In this document: one piece after another, positions 22,751-26,866 of the stretch | Position numbering within the stretch: position 1 is the first letter of the stretch | Layout: each line of letters opens with the position of its first letter | Origin: a virus | Lineage: Duplodnaviria; Caudoviricetes | Virus record (IMG/VR): IMGVR_UViG_3300037484_000747 | Location: 1-26,866 of that record | Length of the DNA stretch: 26,866 nucleotides | Direction: 5' to 3' (one strand) | Notes under the pieces: model-generated | Told to the model about the DNA's origin: nothing | What the model saw: the letters and a program-made list of their open reading frames with translations, nothing else | Database searches by the model: none | Made by a program: the position numbers and the translations under genes

Positions 22751-22997
22751 TTGCGCAGTTCAAGCACCGGCTGTTATTATCTACTTGCCTGAAAAGCCAG
22801 CGATTGAAACGTGTCCACCGAAGGTAGTAGTTGAAGGGCATATTGTTGGCGATACGATAACACTGTCATTGGCCGACGCACAACGGTTGCGAGATTGGAT
22901 AAACACATATATTGTATGCTCGGAAAGCAATCAAGCGAAGTACAAAGGACATATCGAGAAATTGGAAAATCGTTTGAAAGCCGTCGGAGGAAAGTAA
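22677..22997 (+). CDS. Putative outer-membrane spanin lipoprotein (Rz1-like)
   Basis: MKLSRLKRTLASSLLLISLIFSGSSC signal with Cys and Pro-rich mature start; overlaps the i-spanin 3' end. Confidence 0.7.
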   Translation: MKLSRLKRTLASSLLLISLIFSGSSCAVQAPAVIIYLPEKPAIETCPPKVVVEGHIVGDTITLSLADAQRLRDWINTYIVCSESNQAKYKGHIEKLENRLKAVGGK

Positions 22998-23153
22998 ATG
23001 ATTGGATTGCTGATTGGTTTGTTTCTTGTTGTATGCCTAATTGGTGGCGTGTTTTATGGTTATGCATATGTAAGCGCATGCGTCAATGGGACTCCTGTTC
23101 TCAGCGAACTTGTTAGAAATCTAAACTATCTGATTGGTCGTGAACCTAAGTGA
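22998..23153 (+). CDS. Single-TM microprotein (51 aa), possible holin accessory
   Basis: Hand-translated MIGLLIGLFLVVCLIGGVFYGYAYVSAC...GREPK; GGAGG RBS, GTGA overlap with the endolysin. Confidence 0.6.
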   Translation: MIGLLIGLFLVVCLIGGVFYGYAYVSACVNGTPVLSELVRNLNYLIGREPK

Positions 23154-23551
23154 GATTACTTTCTGATGACGCTCTTGCTACGCTTACCATCTGGACTGAA
23201 GCCCAAGGCGAATCGTTTGAAGGCAAAGTAGCCGTTGGTGAAGTCATTCGCGAACGTATGCGTAGAAAGTATGCAAGTGATGGAACAGTTGCCGGGACTG
23301 TTGCTCGGCGGTATCAGTTCAGCGCATGGAATGACGACCATCAAGATAATGCACTTTTGATCCGCGCACTCAAATTGGATTGGGGCGATGTAGGTATACC
23401 AGAATGCCAACGTGCCTGGGAGAAATCTGCAACTACAAATTACGTTTCTAAAGCGGTTTTGTACTGCAACTTAGCCGTTGCACAACCCGATTGGGCAAAA
23501 CCAGAAAAGCTTGTCACCAAAATAGAACATCATTCATTTTTTAGTGATTAA
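23150..23551 (+). CDS. SleB/Hydrolase_2-family cell wall hydrolase (endolysin)
   Basis: TIWTEAQGESFEGKVAVGEVIRER (catalytic Glu), YQFSAWN, PDWA and IEHHSFF. Confidence 0.88.
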   Translation: MRLLSDDALATLTIWTEAQGESFEGKVAVGEVIRERMRRKYASDGTVAGTVARRYQFSAWNDDHQDNALLIRALKLDWGDVGIPECQRAWEKSATTNYVSKAVLYCNLAVAQPDWAKPEKLVTKIEHHSFFSD

Positions 23552-23552
23552 A

Positions 23553-25727
23553 ATGGCAGAAGAACAATTAAATACGTCGCCGTCAGCACCGCAAGCAGAA
23601 TCATCGGACGAATTCGATGATACTGTCAAAGGCCCGATCAGCGGCGTCGATGCCGTAGACTTTGTTAATTTCGCATCTGATCCTGATGTAGTCGCTGATA
23701 TCAAGAAGACGATTTTCCCGCAGATCAAAAAAGCGCGGTCGAATCGAAATTCAAAGCTTTCTGACGATTGGGATAGATATCGTGACGTTTACAATCAGCG
23801 CAGAACGATCTCGTTTTATGAAGGCAGATCGCGGTTGTTTCTCGGCGCAATACGGAAGGCAGTAGATACGCTAACGCGGATTGCGAAAGATTCAATGCTT
23901 GCCGACCCGTATGTTAGTGTTGAAACGGACGTAGAGCGTTGGCGTGACGTTGGTGTGCATTTTATCAAATACTTGCTTGAGAATCAAGGACAGATTCGTC
24001 CGAAGCTTTCGATGTTCTTGCGCCAACTCTATCAAATTGGCACATCGTGCATGAAGTTTGGTTGGAAAACATCGTATCGGAATATCACGTATCGCGAAAA
24101 AGGTGAACTTGGACTAGAAATCAAAAAGCGCAAGGCGTATGATCATTACGGCCCAACGCTTGACGTTATCGATATGCGGCATGTTTATGTTTGGCCCGAA
24201 GTCGCTACCGATTACAATGGATTACAGATTGTTTTTGAAGATTCCGTGACAACGATTGCCACTCTTCGGCGCAAAGTGAAGGAAGGTTGGTACGAACCTG
24301 AAACTGTTGATAAAGTAATACAAAAGCGAAGTAGTGAAATTGCGCAGGATAATAAATCGAGAAGCCATGCTGTTAAAGAAGGTATGGTTGATGGCGAACT
24401 CGAACAAGGCGAACTTGATATCACTGAAGCGTGGGTACGCTACCGATTGCCTGACGACGAAGGTGATTCTGAATGCTTGCCGTGGGTGTGGTTGACGTTC
24501 GCTGGTGAAGAAATTCTTCGGGTACAAGAAAATCCGTGGTGGTTTCAAGCACCGCCTTACCTTTTCGGTGCAATCTTCCGTGAACATGATTACTTTTATG
24601 GGCATGGTTTGATTGAAGCTACCGAAATGTGGCAGTATATGCTGAATGATATCGTCAACCAGACAATGGATTGCGGTACGTATGCATTGAACCCGATTAC
24701 AATTATGGACCCCGCTGCTGTTGACGATCCTGATATGTATCAGATCGAGCCGATGGCGAAATGGATGATTGCACCTGATGCCGTGAGTTTTGAACGCCCA
24801 CCTGCAAATATGACTCAAGAAGGTTTGGGGATGGTGCGGTTCTTGCTGAACATTGTCCAAGAAGCGACAGATGCAACGGCAATTGTCCAAGGAACACCGC
24901 GCGAAGGTATGGGACCGGCTGCGGGAACTGCAACTGGCATATCGCAACTTATGGCGTCATCGAGCGCGGCGATTGTCGATCAAGTTGAAGAACTCGAAGC
25001 ACAAGTGTTTACGCCATTGCTGAAAATGGTCGAAATTGCGGCCCATCAGTTTATGGACGAGAAGATGGTTATTCGTCTTGAAGGGCCAGACGCAGCGGTT
25101 ATTACGCAGCGAATCATCGAACCAAGTGATTTGATTTTATCGACGGACGTTCGCTGGATTGCGAGCCGCCGATTGCGCGAGAAGCTTGCAAAAGGGCAGC
25201 AATATCTCAATATGCTGAACATTGCGCTTGGTGTTGATCCTCAAATGACGTTACAGCAAGGGTTTATGATTGATTTGAAGTACCTGATCAAAGGCGCAGC
25301 AATTTCAATCGGTGCTGATGATGCAGATAAGATTATCAAAGACGTGACGCAGGGTTTGCCTGGAATTCCCGCCGAACTCGAATACGAACTAGCTATTTCG
25401 GGTCGATCGGTTGTCGCCTCGCCGTTGGAATCGGTTGAAGATCATGTGCGGAAAATCCAGATTTTGATGCGTTTGCCGTTGCCGCAAACCGAATACGCGC
25501 AGATAAAGTTGAAAGAATTGATTGCAAGTCATTATGCGGTATTGAATCAGGTTCAAGCACAAATGATGGCGCAGCAAGCAAATGGAACTCCGGGTGGAGC
25601 GCAACGTGGCCCTGTCGGTGGTCAAATGATGGGTGGCGGAACGCCACTTCGTCCGCAAGAGCAACCGCAGAACGCCGGGCCTGGCGATGCGTTGAAAGGA
25701 TTGCTAAGTCAAATTGGGGGAGCGTAA
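23553..25727 (+). CDS. Portal protein (large, P22-like)
   Basis: About 724 aa downstream of terminase; GTSCMKFGW, YFYGHGLIE, TATGISQL and Q/G-rich tail typical of podovirus-type portals. Confidence 0.85.
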   Translation: MAEEQLNTSPSAPQAESSDEFDDTVKGPISGVDAVDFVNFASDPDVVADIKKTIFPQIKKARSNRNSKLSDDWDRYRDVYNQRRTISFYEGRSRLFLGAIRKAVDTLTRIAKDSMLADPYVSVETDVERWRDVGVHFIKYLLENQGQIRPKLSMFLRQLYQIGTSCMKFGWKTSYRNITYREKGELGLEIKKRKAYDHYGPTLDVIDMRHVYVWPEVATDYNGLQIVFEDSVTTIATLRRKVKEGWYEPETVDKVIQKRSSEIAQDNKSRSHAVKEGMVDGELEQGELDITEAWVRYRLPDDEGDSECLPWVWLTFAGEEILRVQENPWWFQAPPYLFGAIFREHDYFYGHGLIEATEMWQYMLNDIVNQTMDCGTYALNPITIMDPAAVDDPDMYQIEPMAKWMIAPDAVSFERPPANMTQEGLGMVRFLLNIVQEATDATAIVQGTPREGMGPAAGTATGISQLMASSSAAIVDQVEELEAQVFTPLLKMVEIAAHQFMDEKMVIRLEGPDAAVITQRIIEPSDLILSTDVRWIASRRLREKLAKGQQYLNMLNIALGVDPQMTLQQGFMIDLKYLIKGAAISIGADDADKIIKDVTQGLPGIPAELEYELAISGRSVVASPLESVEDHVRKIQILMRLPLPQTEYAQIKLKELIASHYAVLNQVQAQMMAQQANGTPGGAQRGPVGGQMMGGGTPLRPQEQPQNAGPGDALKGLLSQIGGA

Positions 25728-25728
25728 G

Positions 25729-25926
25729 ATGCCTTATGAAATAACAAAGTTTGATGACAGTTACAAAGTGACTTCTCCGCACGGTACAAAAGCAAAGAAA
25801 ACAACGAAGTCGAAAGCGAAAAAGCAAGTACGGTTGCTTCAGGCGATCAAGCATAATCCAAATTTTACACCGTATTCAGCAGATAATACTAAAGATGGCC
25901 AAGGCTTTCGGCGAAGAAAGAAGTAA
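25729..25926 (+). CDS. Small basic phage protein
   Basis: MPYEITK...AKKQVRLLQAI; GGGGGAG RBS. Confidence 0.65.
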   Translation: MPYEITKFDDSYKVTSPHGTKAKKTTKSKAKKQVRLLQAIKHNPNFTPYSADNTKDGQGFRRRKK

Positions 25927-25929
25927 TTT

Positions 25930-26163
25930 ATGCCACACCAAGAATGCATTGACCATTTGCAAATGGCGCTTGATATGATTCCTCCCGGCAAAGAAAACGA
26001 TGAACTTCGAATGCACGTTTCCGAGGCTTTGAAGGAAGTTGAATCGGGTTACGGTCAGGAAGACGAAAGTGAAAGTGAAATGCCGTCTGAAACTGACCCA
26101 TATATGGCGAAAAATCGTATGCCAATGGATATGATGAAGCGCCGTATGATGATGAAGGAGTAA
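25930..26163 (+). CDS. Hypothetical protein
   Basis: 77 aa, acidic and Met-rich. Confidence 0.6.
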   Translation: MPHQECIDHLQMALDMIPPGKENDELRMHVSEALKEVESGYGQEDESESEMPSETDPYMAKNRMPMDMMKRRMMMKE

Positions 26164-26169
26164 TCTGTC

Positions 26170-26457
26170 GTGGATATTTCGAAACTTACGCTTGAAGACG
26201 AACTCACGCTGTTTGAAGCATTCGTGAAATCGCCAGTTTGGGAAGTTGTCCGGGCGCGATGGGAACCGTTAGTAAGTACGGCAATCGGTGCGGCACTTTC
26301 TGGCAAGGTGAACGGATCAGAACGTGACTTTCTTGCGGGAAAGGCAAACGGATTGAAGCATATGATGGAATATCCTAATGCTCATATCCGTAATTTGCAA
26401 GTCAAATTGAAAAATGAGCAATCCAAAGCCGAATCCAAGCGAAATCCGGCGCAATAA
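26170..26457 (+). CDS. Small helical head-module protein
   Basis: AAGGAG RBS; SPVWEVV...ERDFLAGKANGL pattern typical of genes between portal and scaffold. Confidence 0.6.
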   Translation: MDISKLTLEDELTLFEAFVKSPVWEVVRARWEPLVSTAIGAALSGKVNGSERDFLAGKANGLKHMMEYPNAHIRNLQVKLKNEQSKAESKRNPAQ

Positions 26458-26737
26458 GGCGCAAGAACACGAAATTATCAAGAAATATGGAATTACCGAA
26501 GACCAATACCAACAAATATTGGAATTACAAAACGGTGTCTGCGCCATATGCTTGCGGCACCAAAGATATAAGCGATTATCGATTGACCATGACCATAAAA
26601 CTAAACGAGTTCGTGGTTTGCTCTGTAATTGGTGCAATCGCGCACTTGGAAAGTTTGTAGATTCTCCAATACGCCTTCGCCGGGCTGCGGAGTATTTAGA
26701 AACATCTGAATCGAAACTCGTCCATATAATCAAGTGA
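26414..26737 (+). CDS. Recombination endonuclease VII family protein
   Basis: KYGIT..QY....QNGVCAIC, LSIDHDHKTKRVRGLLCNWCNRALG and AAEYL. Confidence 0.9.
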   Translation: MSNPKPNPSEIRRNKAQEHEIIKKYGITEDQYQQILELQNGVCAICLRHQRYKRLSIDHDHKTKRVRGLLCNWCNRALGKFVDSPIRLRRAAEYLETSESKLVHIIK

Positions 26738-26773
26738 GCCACACTTGACGTAGCGACGTAAAAAGGAGGGCCA

Positions 26774-26866
26774 ATGGCAAAAAAAGTAGAAGATGCTCAA
26801 AGTACGGAAAATCCAACGGGGGAAACTCCGCTTCCAGAACAGAGCGCGGCGGAAACGGAAGTTGAA
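26774..26866 (+). CDS. Probable capsid scaffolding protein (N-terminus only)
   Basis: AGGAGG RBS; acidic low-complexity MAKKVEDAQSTENPTGETPLPEQSAAETEVE; position after the portal. Confidence 0.5.
   Translation, partial: MAKKVEDAQSTENPTGETPLPEQSAAETEVE

Noticed and set aside
24222-25854. Long antisense ORFs within the portal gene
   Set aside because: Shadow frames of a well-supported gene, with no motifs.

Overview
This window is part of a tailed dsDNA phage genome (Caudoviricetes) with two divergent arms. Spanin-like genes point to a Gram-negative host. The left arm (1-17277, minus strand) is a dense early/accessory region: a Sak4/AAA_24-like ATPase, a Cas4-like PD-(D/E)XK nuclease, a class II glutamine amidotransferase plus amidoligase, a GNAT, a HAD phosphatase, a SAM methyltransferase, tRNA-Cys, three paralogous 'MC..GWKIF..RFHIYL' genes and many Cys-rich microproteins. 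The right arm (18149-26866, plus strand) holds packaging, lysis and head genes. Two things stand out. (1) The non-coding divergence region carries at least seven sigma-54 (RpoN) -24/-12 consensus sites within about 355 bp, including two head-to-head pairs that are unlikely to work as ordinary promoters; this suggests a DNA decoy or roadblock for sigma-54 RNA polymerase. (2) The large terminase is split into two genes in reversed order: the nuclease gene comes first, then two unrelated genes, then the ATPase gene. Also present are paralog pairs shared between the arms, a catalytically degenerate endonuclease VII copy, an origin-like GTGGGAA repeat cluster and long intergenic hairpins in the early region. 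All family assignments come from motifs read by eye; no database searches were run.
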